Shown here: positions 13,303 through 25,492 of the stretch, piece after piece
Position numbering within the stretch: the stretch's first letter is position 1
How the letters are laid out: each line of letters begins with the position of its first letter
Source of the DNA: Kudoa neothunni
Taxonomy: Eukaryota > Animalia > Cnidaria
NCBI GenBank assembly: GCA_964304625.1
Contig: OZ199840.1
Location: 8,973,306-9,037,305 of the forward strand
Length of the DNA stretch: 64,000 nt
Direction: 5' to 3'
Translations under genes and position numbers: made by a program
The notes under the pieces: generated by a model
Seen by the model: the letters and a program-made list of their open reading frames with translations, nothing else
Database searches by the model: none
Told to the model about the DNA's origin: nothing

Positions 13303-16222
13303 ATGAAAGGTTTGGTCCTTATCCTAGGCATTTATACTGTCCTTTTTTGTAAATGCATTAATTTGGAATATTGTTGTAAATATTATATAGACCAACTAAC
13401 TCCTATCTATACACAAGAAGCCGAGCAAAGTCCTGCTGCTAATACAAACTCACTGACTTATAAACTTGTGAACGAGATAGAGAATAGTGTAAATAAATTG
13501 AAAGTTAATTTAATACTAAGAGGCAATGAATACACTGCTCCCAAAAAATGCTACATTAAAAAGTCTAATGACCAAAATAGTAATTTGGAAGATATTAGTA
13601 CATGCACCAATGGTGAGGCAAATAATGAAAACAAATGTGTTAGACCTTGTAATGGAGAAGACAATAAATTAGAATTTGACAAGTTTTCCCCAAGAACCAA
13701 GTATGTTGTTGTTTTCACCGATGAAAATACTAGTGCAGCCAAGATAAAGACTAATGGTGGGGCTGTTTTTGGGCTTGAATTGCGTAATTAAATGTTATGA
13801 AATGGTATACATATTTGATTTAGCACTATTGGTGAATCCACAAGTTACCATAACCACACATGAACGTAAATTGAAATTGAGTACAATTACATGTAAACAA
13901 GTTAAATGCCCTATATTTTACAAGAATGTGAAATATGCAGATGGAGCAGCAGTGCAGGGTTGTGTCAATCCAACTAATGTAAATGAGGTTGAGTTTGATT
14001 TAATGATTCCTCACTATGAAATGAGATGTGATAATTATCCCAGTTTCTTTTACAAACTTCAAAATAATTATACTTTATCAACCTTTGATGTTTATAAACC
14101 ACAATATTATATTACTTATAGTTCAACTCAAAAAGATAAATATTTATTAAAATTCACAAATAAATTCTCTTTTGAAATATGCCGCTTCAGTATAAGAGAC
14201 CACACAACAGCAATTACCGAAAACAGCACAAATGATTATAAATCGAACTGTGGTTCCGAAAATAAGGATTGTTATGCACCTTGTAATAATGTGGAACTTG
14301 TGTTTAAACCTTCTAAATCAGTTGTTCAAATACTGATTCAAACAAGATATGCATCATTGGCAAAAACTGGAACAAAATATTTCGGATATATTCAGGATAA
14401 ATTGGGTAGTTTTGTTAAATTACAACTCTATTAATCTCCTCATAGTTGTCACAGAAACTACTGCTGCTGGAACATTATTATCAGATTTTACACCTACTGG
14501 AGTTACTTTAAATATTAATTTGTTTAAGCCAGATGAGGATGTTAAATTTGCATCTTGCACTGTAACTTATTACGAAGCAGATAAACCTTTACCTACTAAT
14601 CTTGTAAGTGTCAAATGTAGTGTTGGCGCCACACCAGTATGCGACACTGGCTGTACCACTGCTTTAACAATTAAGCAACTCGGTAATGGTAAACCTTATA
14701 TTCTTGAAATCACAGCACAAAAACAAGGTAGTTCATCTGAAAATTTTAAAGAGCATATATTTATTCGTACAGGTATAAAATTTATGTAATATATTGTTTC
14801 ATAAACTGTTTATACGTATAGAAAAGAGTGCATCATTATCCTTTTCGGAAACAAAACCAACAATAACAGAAACAACTACATCAATAACGGCGGTAGATGG
14901 TACTGGTGATCGTGTCAAAACAGACCACACTTGTGCTTATTATATAAGCCCTCGCGGGAAGGATGTTTACGTGTGTGCGATGTGCCAGGATAGTTATCCA
15001 TGCAGAGGTTATTGTAAAGATACTCAAAATATTGTAGGTTTAAAACCTGGAACTGAATACGATCTAAAGGTTGTGGCACATAGTGATTATGGATACAAAG
15101 TTCATGAAATAAAAACAGGTAGTCAAATATTTGAGATAAAAATAAATAATTTTGTTTATAGCGATGTCAACACTCACACTCCAGTCACAATTTCTGGACA
15201 AAGGCTTTAAATTGATAGGTGCATTATCTACCCCAGATCCTACAGCAGTTTGTCATTACAAAGTTCAGGTCAAGAAAGGAGAAAAATTTGAATTAGTTCA
15301 TGAATGCCCAGCAGCTCCTCAATCAACAAATAAAAGGAATCCCCGCAATAAATCCGCATCTAAAATACTAATAGCTAGATCAGCCGAAGGACAACAACCA
15401 AAGGATGCGACATCTTCTAATAGAAAGAAAACGATTCCATCGTGCACCCAACCGCCTTTATGCACAAATATAATATTCCATGAAGGATACGAAGCAGAAA
15501 AGGAATATCGAGTTTTAGTGACAGCCGTTGGCAGGTCTGAGGAAACTTCCATTGATATATCTATATGTAATAAATTTCATGATTTTAAATTAATATATAA
15601 TACTTTTTTATTCAATAAATTTTCAACGTTAAAATTTAAGATTAATTCGTTGTTTAGATCCGATACCTACGGCCACCACAGACATTACCAAACAATTGAT
15701 TTCGGTGATTACGCGAGACGAGAGATCCTTACATGTGATGACTACTCTACCCAGTGGTGTAGAGGAAACTTCATTATGCAAATGGGAATTAAGAGATTGG
15801 GCAGACCTTTCTAAACCAATTGTTAAAAAATGTATGAATATTGGCGATGAAGGTTGTTCCGTGTTTCCTCCTTGTAAGGAATTCACAATTGAGAATGTTG
15901 ATGACACAACCAATTACCGCTTGGTTTTATTTCACAGCACACATAGCTATATTTCTGGTTCGGCTGAAATCAAACAAGGTAATGCGTAATTATTGTAAAA
16001 TAATTTAAAATAATTTATTTAGGGGAAAAATCAAATAAATCGACGTAAACTATGATATTAAAATATTTTTTATATTTGTTTTAGGTCGAAAAATACAATG
16101 TACCTAATTATAAATGTATTACATTAATTGTTTATTAAAGAATTGTTGCTGTGATTGTTCCAGTATTGATCATTATTCTTGGTGCTGGATTCTACTTTGG
16201 ATATTGGAAAAATAAAAGTTAA
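13303..16222 (+). CDS. Type-I membrane protein of ~7 Cys-rich fibronectin-III-like modules (paralog A, 829 aa)
   Basis: Exons 13303-13348, 13391-13783, 13824-14405, 14446-14772, 14822-15118, 15162-15566, 15658-15978, 16023-16044, 16085-16099 and 16141-16222 total 2490 nt and are open throughout. Signal peptide MKGLVLILGIYTVLF; FN3 tyrosine-corner motif GLKPGTEYDLKVVA; TM IIVAVIVPVLIIILGAGFYFGYW plus KNKS*. A further cytoplasmic exon cannot be excluded. Confidence 0.85.
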
Positions 16223-17889
16223 ATTCTTATTTTTAAAAAAACGATTTCTTGACTAACCAACAACCAATCATACAATAAACAAAATTATTAATTTATATTT
16301 TTATTTATTTACTTATAACTTTATAATATCGATTTTATGCGTATTTATGGCTATTAAAATGTGTAATCAATTTTATTAACTTTTTAAAATTTGTAGAATA
16401 TTTCTTGAATTTTAAGTTGATCCGAATTGAAGTAAGGAGGGAAATACCTATAATGTCACCGATTAACCACTTTACATAGTTTTTGAACGGGTGTCATTTA
16501 TTGAGTGAATTTTTTATTCTCAATATCTGATAAAATTAGATTAACGCTCATCAATTCTTCTCCCATATTATCATAAATGGATAAAACACAGTGATTAACA
16601 GATCAATTTGGGTCAATCTGAGAGAAATAAACGCATAAATTAACTTTTTTTTAAATTATCAGATTTACAAGTAAAAGTCGTGCGTTTGTTATACCCTAAA
16701 GTTTCACATAAATAAATGTTGAAAAAAAAGTTTTTTTGTATATTTTAATCCAATATAAAATATTATGAATATCGAATTGTTTAAAAATTCACTGACATTA
16801 TTAATTGATATAGTCCCTTAATATTTAAAATGTATTTTTTAATTTATTTGTATTTTTAGGAAGTATAACATTAAATAAAATTTCAAAATATGGAATATTT
16901 AAACGAGAAAAAGGCAGAACATTCATTTGAATCCTTTTAGGTGAATAATTTAAAATTATTTATAAACTCTAATGTTTATTTTAATAAATTTGCGTACAGA
17001 CAATCAAAAAACTACCAATTTTTCATAAATTTATAGTACGATGCATAAAAATCTGCCAATCCTTATAACGCATTGAGTAATAAATGGACAAATATATTGA
17101 CGTTAAACATAGATTCTTTAGCGTTAATATTAGTCAAGCGAGTAGGGAGTTAATTCTCGCTAATGTCTTATTATATCAAAGTAGACCTAAATATCATATA
17201 CATCTGGTTCAAAAGTAAATGAAACCAAATTTATGAATATTAACCAAAAAAATAGGTAGTATAAATATAATGGACTATTTTTCTTTAAATTGTATCAAAG
17301 AATGTGTCAGCGAATAATTTCTATTTTTATCTTAAGGCATATATTTCAGTTGTGAAAAAATAATGGTGTTTTTACAAACTTTATAACCCTTTTAGAACCA
17401 AACCTGCAAAAATTTAAAGAAATCAATGGCTAATTTTTGGAGTATCATAAACCATCATGAAATTAAATTCCTTTTTGTACTTTTCATTGGACAAGTATAT
17501 TATAAAACAGTGATATGACTGATAAACAAAAATTGCTGGCGCGAAATTCCCACCTAGTATAGGGTAGGATAATTTTATCTTAAAAAGTGCAACAAATATA
17601 CTAATCCTTCAAACTAACCAATAGAATCGAATCGAATCGAGTAATTATTTGAAGTACCATACAACGATTGTGTTTAGCAAAATAAAAATCATGATAATTT
17701 CAAGAAAGGGGTATACCAACCTTGGCGTCCCCTTAATAATTTTGCGAATTGCAACCCTCGCTAAATAATTTACGATCAGCATCATATATTTCTTCATTTA
17801 CCCCTTGTTTAAATTCCCTTAATAGCGTCGCCAAGCGTTATTTACTGTCGAAGGATTTTATAACGTCGAATTATGGCCCACTTAATAAA

Positions 17890-18530
17890 TATCAACCCTC
17901 CTAACCTAACTAACTAGTTTAAACTATAGCACAACCATCTCTTTTGAATTTAATCACTGAAAATTCGAATAAGCGTACGATTCCAAAGAAAACTAAGGAC
18001 AGAGATCCCGCATTAAAAAGTTTTAATCTATCCGATTATAATATGCATTACCAAATCTCTATTAAAGGTTTTAAATAAAATCTTTTTGTTATATTTAACA
18101 GAATTAATAGAACTTTCAAAGTATGCCTATCAAGTAGAATACGTTAAACTACAACTGCCCCAACAAACGCACCTAAATTTAATACAAAGATAGCAGAAAA
18201 TGTGTAATAGAAACATGGGAGATCATATAAGAGAGTATGTCAATTTTTACTCTCACACCATGGAATAGCACAAATAGCATAAATTGCATAAGCAGGAGTT
18301 AATCCTTTTGTTGAAATTCTGTAATCCGTTTAAGAAATTTAAATCGAAAAAATCATTATTTTCTCAATATTTATTTAGCATTAAATGATGTAAAAAGCAC
18401 TTGTATATTTTTTTCAATATCCCAAATTATTAAAAACTATATAGATGCCTTTATCAGGAAAGAATTGTCGCACATTTGTATTAACTGGCGCACGCATATC
18501 AACACTTCAAACATGATGTATACAGTAGAT
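17890..18530. repeat. Interspersed repeat, copy 2 (same family as 1-670)
   Basis: Collinear blocks shared with 13-670; ends ..gtatacagtagat. Confidence 0.6.
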
Positions 18531-18719
18531 AACCTTGAAGATAGCTAGTAACATTATTTATGAGAGTTAGGCTTCCGAGTATACATGTTATTACATAATA
18601 ACAAGAAAACACACCAAATATATATATATATATATATAATTATATTTATTAACCAAAACAACCCCCAAATATTACCTAAATCGATAAATTTATAATTATA
18701 ACAAAGTAAAAAAATAATT

Positions 18720-18830
18720 TATTCGCATGCGCTTTAATAATCTTGATCCCGGAAATGTGCGAAAAATTGATTAATTCATTCACAGGATAGAGTGATTGGT
18801 CAAAAATAATTGTTAGCTAATCCAATTCAA
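18720..18830 (+). promoter_or_regulatory. Putative promoter of the ZC3H10-like gene
   Basis: CGCATGCGC (NRF1-like, ~18724), CCGGAAAT (ETS-like, ~18749), ATTGG (~18795) and CCAAT (~18822) clustered about 0.9 kb upstream of the ATG. Confidence 0.45.
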
Positions 18831-19724
18831 ATTTTAAACACAGCTTAAATTTTAATTGTTGTATTATATCTATTAAACGGTTGAAAATCCTTTTCGTTAA
18901 GCTTTCCAAAGTGCGAAAAGTCGGTTAATTACTATTAGGTTAACTTAATCCAAAAATCCTTTGATGCTAAATTGGTGTCTCTTCTATTGCCTATAGCACT
19001 ACATAGAATTAGCTCATTTAGATAATCACAAGTTGAATTGAAAATAACACTCAAGCAGCATAGAACAACCTGCGGTCGTTATGCGGTCACTATGCTATCC
19101 ACGTTGACACATTATATCTTATTGATCAGCTTGTTAAATTATTGTCTAATCAACTGTTTCATTACATGTTAGTAAACAAAAACAGGCCGATTAATATAAC
19201 AGCTGTACTACTTCCTGTAGAGTGGTCGGTAGTTAATCGTTAAAATTCGTAACAATCAACGCTGTTGTGACTGTCCCTTTTGTAACTCACAGGTAGAGCA
19301 GGATAAGTGCAATTTGATGTAAGTACTGTTGTGTTGATTGGGATGGATGTTGTTTTTTTTTATGGAAACTACGTGCTTCTGCCTGATACATTTGTACATG
19401 ATTGGTTAATTTAAATGAGTGCGTGTTGTGCTGATGTTGTTGGATGTGTGTAGAGTTGGCAGTGATCGCTCTAATAACAAAAACCGACTGCAGACCAGCT
19501 GATCAACTTTGCACGGCGCTTCTGATTAAGTGACTAACTAATGTATGCGTTAGCGGTGCATTTGCTGAATAGCAGGAGCAGCAGTTTTTCAGTAGCATCT
19601 CTATCTGTGATCCAATGAGTTGTGCATTCGTGTGCACTTTTTTGAATTTTGACTGTCGGTCGGTATATGCAAATTAATTGTGCTTTTAATAGTTGTTGAC
19701 TGAAAAAAATATCGCAAAACCAAT

Positions 19725-22295
19725 ATGCCAGGTGATCCAACACCCGGAAGCTTAGCTCAAAAAGATGCCACCACATTGGGTAATATGATATGTAGAGATT
19801 ATTTAAGAGGGGTGTGCTATCGCGCTGAAAATTGCAAATTTTTGCATTCCGAGCAGCATGCTCCTGTTACCTCTAATCAATTGCCGGTGTGCCGAGATTA
19901 TCAGAACGGAACCTGTAATAGAAGGAATTGCAAATATGCGCACATATACTCTTCGAGCGGGTTTTATGATCCAGTTACTATGACAGCCGTGCCACAAGTA
20001 ATTTGGATTCAAATTTTGTTAGAATATTTCAATTAGCGTTAAATATGTTTAAATATAGCATTGTCATGTTATCTTGGACCTAACACTTATTATGTGTATG
20101 TATGTTGTTGGCTGCCAAGGCAATCATGTCATAAATAATTTGGATTTTAATTATGTGAGATTGTGCCTTTGTTTGTGTCGATTAACGCTTAGTTGGCTTA
20201 ATGTGGCATCATTATGACTGTTGATTGTATTAATTATAGTTGGAATTAATCGATAATTTACTCGCATACAATAATTGATTTGGTTTTGTTTGTATAAATA
20301 CAACTGAATTAATTGTAAATAATTAGGGCGGTGTTCCCCGAAATGCGCAAATAACAACTATTCCAAAAATGTTTCTGCTCGCCACCCACCACCCCCAGCC
20401 GTAATGCCGGACCAACCACCATCGTCTCATTACGAGGAAGTGTTCAAAACTAGAGCTGGACCGAACGATCCACTTTGTAAGGATTTTCAAAATGGCTATT
20501 GCCAACGAGGCCAAAATTGTCGTTTCAAACACATCAGTTATATACCAGAGCAACCCATGTATCATGGTGACCCTAATGTGGTTCCCGCCATGCCCATGGA
20601 GCCCAGACATTATCCATACAGCGCTGTTAATGGCAGTGCGCAACCAATGATGGTAGGTAGCACATCGGGTTGTTGGATGAGATATTTTCTAACCAACTTA
20701 AATATTAGTATCCAGCTGACCCACATGCTCAAAATTTTTCGGCGATGAACAACTCTATAAACGCACCGCCCATGCCCAATACCAATTATACAGCAGTGAT
20801 TCCGACCAAAAAGGCCTTATCTAGCAACTGGCGCTGGTGGGTCGACTATCGATCCCTCAAATCCGAACAGTAGTATGCCCTGCTCCAAGTTGGAATCAAA
20901 TGATCACATACACGAGATTGAAATGCTTAGAAGCGAGGTAGGTTTTTTCAGTTCGACTCAATTGGATTATCTGATTTAGAACGCTCGGCTACACGAAGAA
21001 CTAAATGCACGCTGCGTCGAAATCGAATCACTTAAGAATGAACTCTCACGTTATCAATATAAATCTCACGGTGGAGATGCTCCATCCGGTAATGTTTCTA
21101 ACAATCGACTGTGAATAATTCTTAAAAATTCCAATTTTCCGTTGGTGGCAGTGTTTCTATCTTTGATCAAGCATGCGCATTAACCCAGCCATTAAATAGA
21201 TAATGCACTGTTGTATTTTTTGCAGTAATTCGGCGGCTAATCAATCCGTGGTGTTAGTTCTTTAATTAAGCTAATACTGCTTTATAGTTTTATTTATCTA
21301 AATAAGTTTAAGTTAAAATTAATCTGCATTAATCTGCATTAATCTTCGGCTCAAATCGAATATAATTGACTTAATGCGAACTGGATTGTACCATTGATAC
21401 ATATACATATATATTTATAATATGTATATATGAATGCAATCAATAAGTGTCTTATAAATAATGCTATGTGATATCTAAGATGCCTAAATGTTGGAATAAG
21501 GTGATTACGATTACATATAATTTCTGAAAAATGTTGGGCATATGTTTATTGTATCGAAAATCGCCGAAGATTAATGCTCATGCATATTCATTTTGGTTAG
21601 TGAAATCATTGATCTTTTTTTGTCAAATATTTGACAACAGTAGAAGAAACACATGACGCACTTTCCATCCCATAAATGATTCCATTCAAAGGATTTAAAT
21701 AAAAACATCATTTTAATTCTTTCCCAATATATAATAGTTTTTTCACCCCTCTTATTACAATATATATTGCTTAATTATAGAATTTATAATATTGTGTTTT
21801 TTAAAGGGATTAATAATTAGGTTATTATAAATAATGTTTAAATTATTTATTATTACCATGGAAACATTCAATGTTGTCCTCTGTTAGAACTAAATTAATA
21901 GATAACGATATCAATGCAATGTTTATATTTCGCACACTGAGTTGGATCATTTTTAAGACTTGTATTTCAATTTAAGATTGTTTAATTACTAATCACGTAC
22001 ATCTGCCCTTATTATAATCATGATCTTTAAGAATTTGTGAATAAGCTCGCTTTATGCGGGTTAATTGATTTTATTATTTGTAATTCTAAACATATTTAAC
22101 CTCCGATAATCACCAACATACACATGTATTATTTGTATTGAATCGTTGTTTATTGTAGATAAAACAAAACCTCCACCCAATTCAAACAATATGTATGCAC
22201 ATCATAAAACCTCTCCTCATTCACAAAAATCCCCATCCAAATCAATGTACAATCAAGGTGGTTATCCACCCAACCCCAGCCATTACAACAAATAA
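19725..22295 (+). CDS. ZC3H10: Triple CCCH zinc-finger RNA-binding protein with C-terminal coiled coil, ZC3H10-like
   Basis: Fingers CRDYLRGVCYRAENCKFLH, CRDYQNGTCNRRNCKYAH and CKDFQNGYCQRGQNCRFKH; coiled coil EIEMLRSENARLHEELNARCVEIESLKNELSRY. Exons 19725-19997, 20327-20652, 20709-20937, 20980-21088 and 22159-22295; read-through of the last donor stops at 21114. Needs indel correction at C4 20336-39 (or a 37-nt exon 20059-20095) and at A5 20808-12. Confidence 0.75.
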
Positions 22296-22351
22296 ATTCA
22301 TATAAACTACAAGATTAATATACAAACTAAACCGATCACTATTTTCCATAT

Positions 22352-23609
22352 TCATTTGGTTATATTTTCTGTTGATAACTTTGCCCTGCGTCTGAGTATG
22401 TGCATTAGTGAATTTCTAGGGGTATTAGTTGTAGGTGTTTGAATGTTAACAGTATTGATGTCGTTGTCGTTCGTATTATCGTCATCGTTGGCTGGCGTAA
22501 CCGCATTATCAACAATTTCTTTGTCTACGTCTACACACATCAATTAATTATCAATTACATCATTAATTAAATATACCGAGGGGGGGTAGGCTTAGTAGCG
22601 GATTCGTTGGCTTTCCTTTTTAAATTCGCTCTGCATTGGTTGATAGCGTTGAATAGTTTGCACCGCTAAAATATGTATATAATTTATGAGGGTGTTGGCA
22701 ACTTAATCCGGTAACTGCAATCAATTTAGCTGAAACGATGAAATTTAATTTTTAAAAAATTACGCTTGCGCCAAAAATATATTTTGAATTATTCAGTTCG
22801 TATGGGCTTATTGGACCATAAAAATATAATCCCCTGCGTGTAATTTTGACCACACATAATTACTTATAGTCCATATATGCATAACGATTAACATGATAGA
22901 TTCTAACAAATTAAATTATAATATTTTAATTTGCTGTAACCTGCCAATGTGACCAATGAAGGATTAAAATAAACGTGTGCGCAACATTAAATTATCCACA
23001 GACGATTACGATTTAAGATACCAGTAGCAACAACCGTTTTACCTACTGATGGTATAGATTAAAATTAAGACGCTTATTTCAAATATTATATTTAATTAAT
23101 TATGAAAAATATTGTTTAACCAAATCCAAAAATAAACAACTATCTCCACTGTTAGGTTAGATACCGAATCAGATGAATTCAAATTTATTTTAAATACTTC
23201 CAACAGTTGCAACTTTCTTCAAATTCCTCTCCAATAATTCATGTTCCGCATCCGAAGCTTCGATCTCTCTTACATGACCAATTTCATCGAGTAAATGTTT
23301 CTGACTGACACCAGTTTCAGTATTCTTTGTTGTAGCCGTTTTGCATTCATTTGTTTGAGTTATTTTTTGGTGATATTTTTTTAAAAGCATTTTCTGTAAA
23401 CTCACCACACCGTCTTGTTGATATTTTGAGCAAAGTGCAAATAGTTGTTCGTTAAATTTGCCCAATGGCAATTGTTTATCCCTTAGGAGCTTTTCATTCG
23501 ATTTTTTATGTTTTTTCCTGATCTCCAATAATCTTCTTTTCAATATCGACTTTTTGTATGCTCTACCTTTATCATTTGGAATGGTAACCGGACTTGACAC
23601 GCCTTCCAT
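22352..23609 (-). CDS. RRP15: RRP15-like ribosome biogenesis protein
   Basis: Exons 23609-23198, 22665-22577 and ~22531-22352. LERNLKKVATVG|TVQLFNAINQ matches the RRP15 core ERxLxxIATRGVVQLFNAV once one extra base at 22657-59 is removed; a second extra base lies in G7 22580-86. Confidence 0.82.
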
Positions 23610-24000
23610 TTTCGGTTATTGTCGGGACAAGTCGTACAGATTACAATAATTATTTTTAATTTTTCGCTGTAGATTGTACGTGGTTTTTTTTATAATTTTG
23701 TTAAAAAAAATTATGAACAATGTTGTTTTGTTTTTATCTTACTTTCTGCCTACAACTGATCACGTAAAAACCAAAAAGTTACACCTTCAAAATCAATTTT
23801 AATGGTTCAAATTTGAGCGTTAATCTCTCACTAATTTATTAATTTCTCAATAAAATGCAACACCATTCTTGTATGTATTGATTAAATATTACCATGGTTA
23901 CAAGGGGATTATTGACTAATTCTCAATGAATTACGTAAATTGACTCAAACTGACATCCAATCATGTTTAAATAATATTAGCTACGTTAATATACCACCCA

Positions 24001-25492
24001 TAATTAATAATAATGATAATAATAATAATAATATTAATTAAAAATTAATAATAATAATAAGTAATAATAAAATAATAAGTAAGTAATAATAAAATAATAA
24101 TTAATAATAATAACAATAAGTAATAATAAAATAATAATTAATAATATTAATAATATTAATTAAAAATAATAATGATATTAATTAAAATTAATAATAATAA
24201 TTAATAATATTAATTAAAAATAATAATGATATTAATTAAAAATTAATAATAATCAATAATAATATTAATAATATTAATTAAAAATAATAATGATAATAAT
24301 ATTAATTAAAAATTAATAATAATAATGATAATAATAAAATAATAAGTAATAATAATAATATTAATTAAAAAATAATAATGATATTAATTAAAAATTAATA
24401 ATAATAATGATAATAATTAAAAATAATAATAATATTAATTAAAAATTAATAATAATAATAATAAGTAATAATAAAATAATAATTAATAATAATAATAACA
24501 ATAAGTAATAATAAAATAATAATTAATAATATTAATTAAAAATAATAATGATATTAATTAAAAATTAATAATAATAATGATAATAATAAAATAATAAGTA
24601 ATAATAATAATATTAATTAAAAATTAATAATAATAATAAGTAATAATAAAATAATAAGTAAGTAATAATAAAATAATAATTAATAATAATAATAACAATA
24701 AGTAATAATAAAATAATAATTAATAATATTAATTAAAAATAATAATGATATTAATTAAAAATTAATAATAATATTAATTAAAAATTAATAATAATAATAA
24801 TAAGTAATAATAAAATAATAAGTAAGTAATAATAAAATAATAATTAATAATAATAACAACAATAAGTAATAATAAAATAATAATTAAAAATAATAATGAT
24901 ATTAATAAAATAATAAGTAATAATAATAATATTAATTAAAAATTAATAATAATAATGATAATAATTAAATAATAAGTAATAATAATAATATTAATTAAAA
25001 ATAATAATGATATTAATTAAAAATTAATAATAATAATGATAATAATTAAAAATAATAATAATATTAATTAAAAATTAATAATAATAATAAGTAATAATAA
25101 AATAATAAGTAAGTAATAATAAAATAATAATTAATAATAATAATAACAATAAGTAATAATAAAATAATAATTAATAATATTAATTAAAAATAATAATGAT
25201 ATTAATTAAAAATTAATAATAATATTAATTAAAAATTAATAATAATAATAATAAGTAATAATAAAATAATAAGTAAGTAATAATAAAATAATAATTAATA
25301 ATAATAACAACAATAAGTAATAATAAAATAATGATTAAAAATAATAATGATATTAATAAAATAATAAGTAATAATAATAATATTAATTAAAAATTAATAA
25401 TAATAATGATAATAATTAAAAATAATAATGATATTAATAAAATAATAAGTAATAATAATAATATTAATATTAATTAAAAATAAATAATAAGT
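24001..25492. repeat. Complex almost pure A/T satellite (~1.5 kb)
   Basis: Mosaic of (AAT)n, ATTAATTAAAAATT, AATAAGT, AATAAC and AATGAT words recurring as longer blocks. Confidence 0.95.

Noticed and set aside
19725-21114. Muscleblind (MBNL) assignment
   Set aside because: Three fingers plus a C-terminal coiled coil fit ZC3H10 better, and the MBNL WLxLEVCREF motif is absent.
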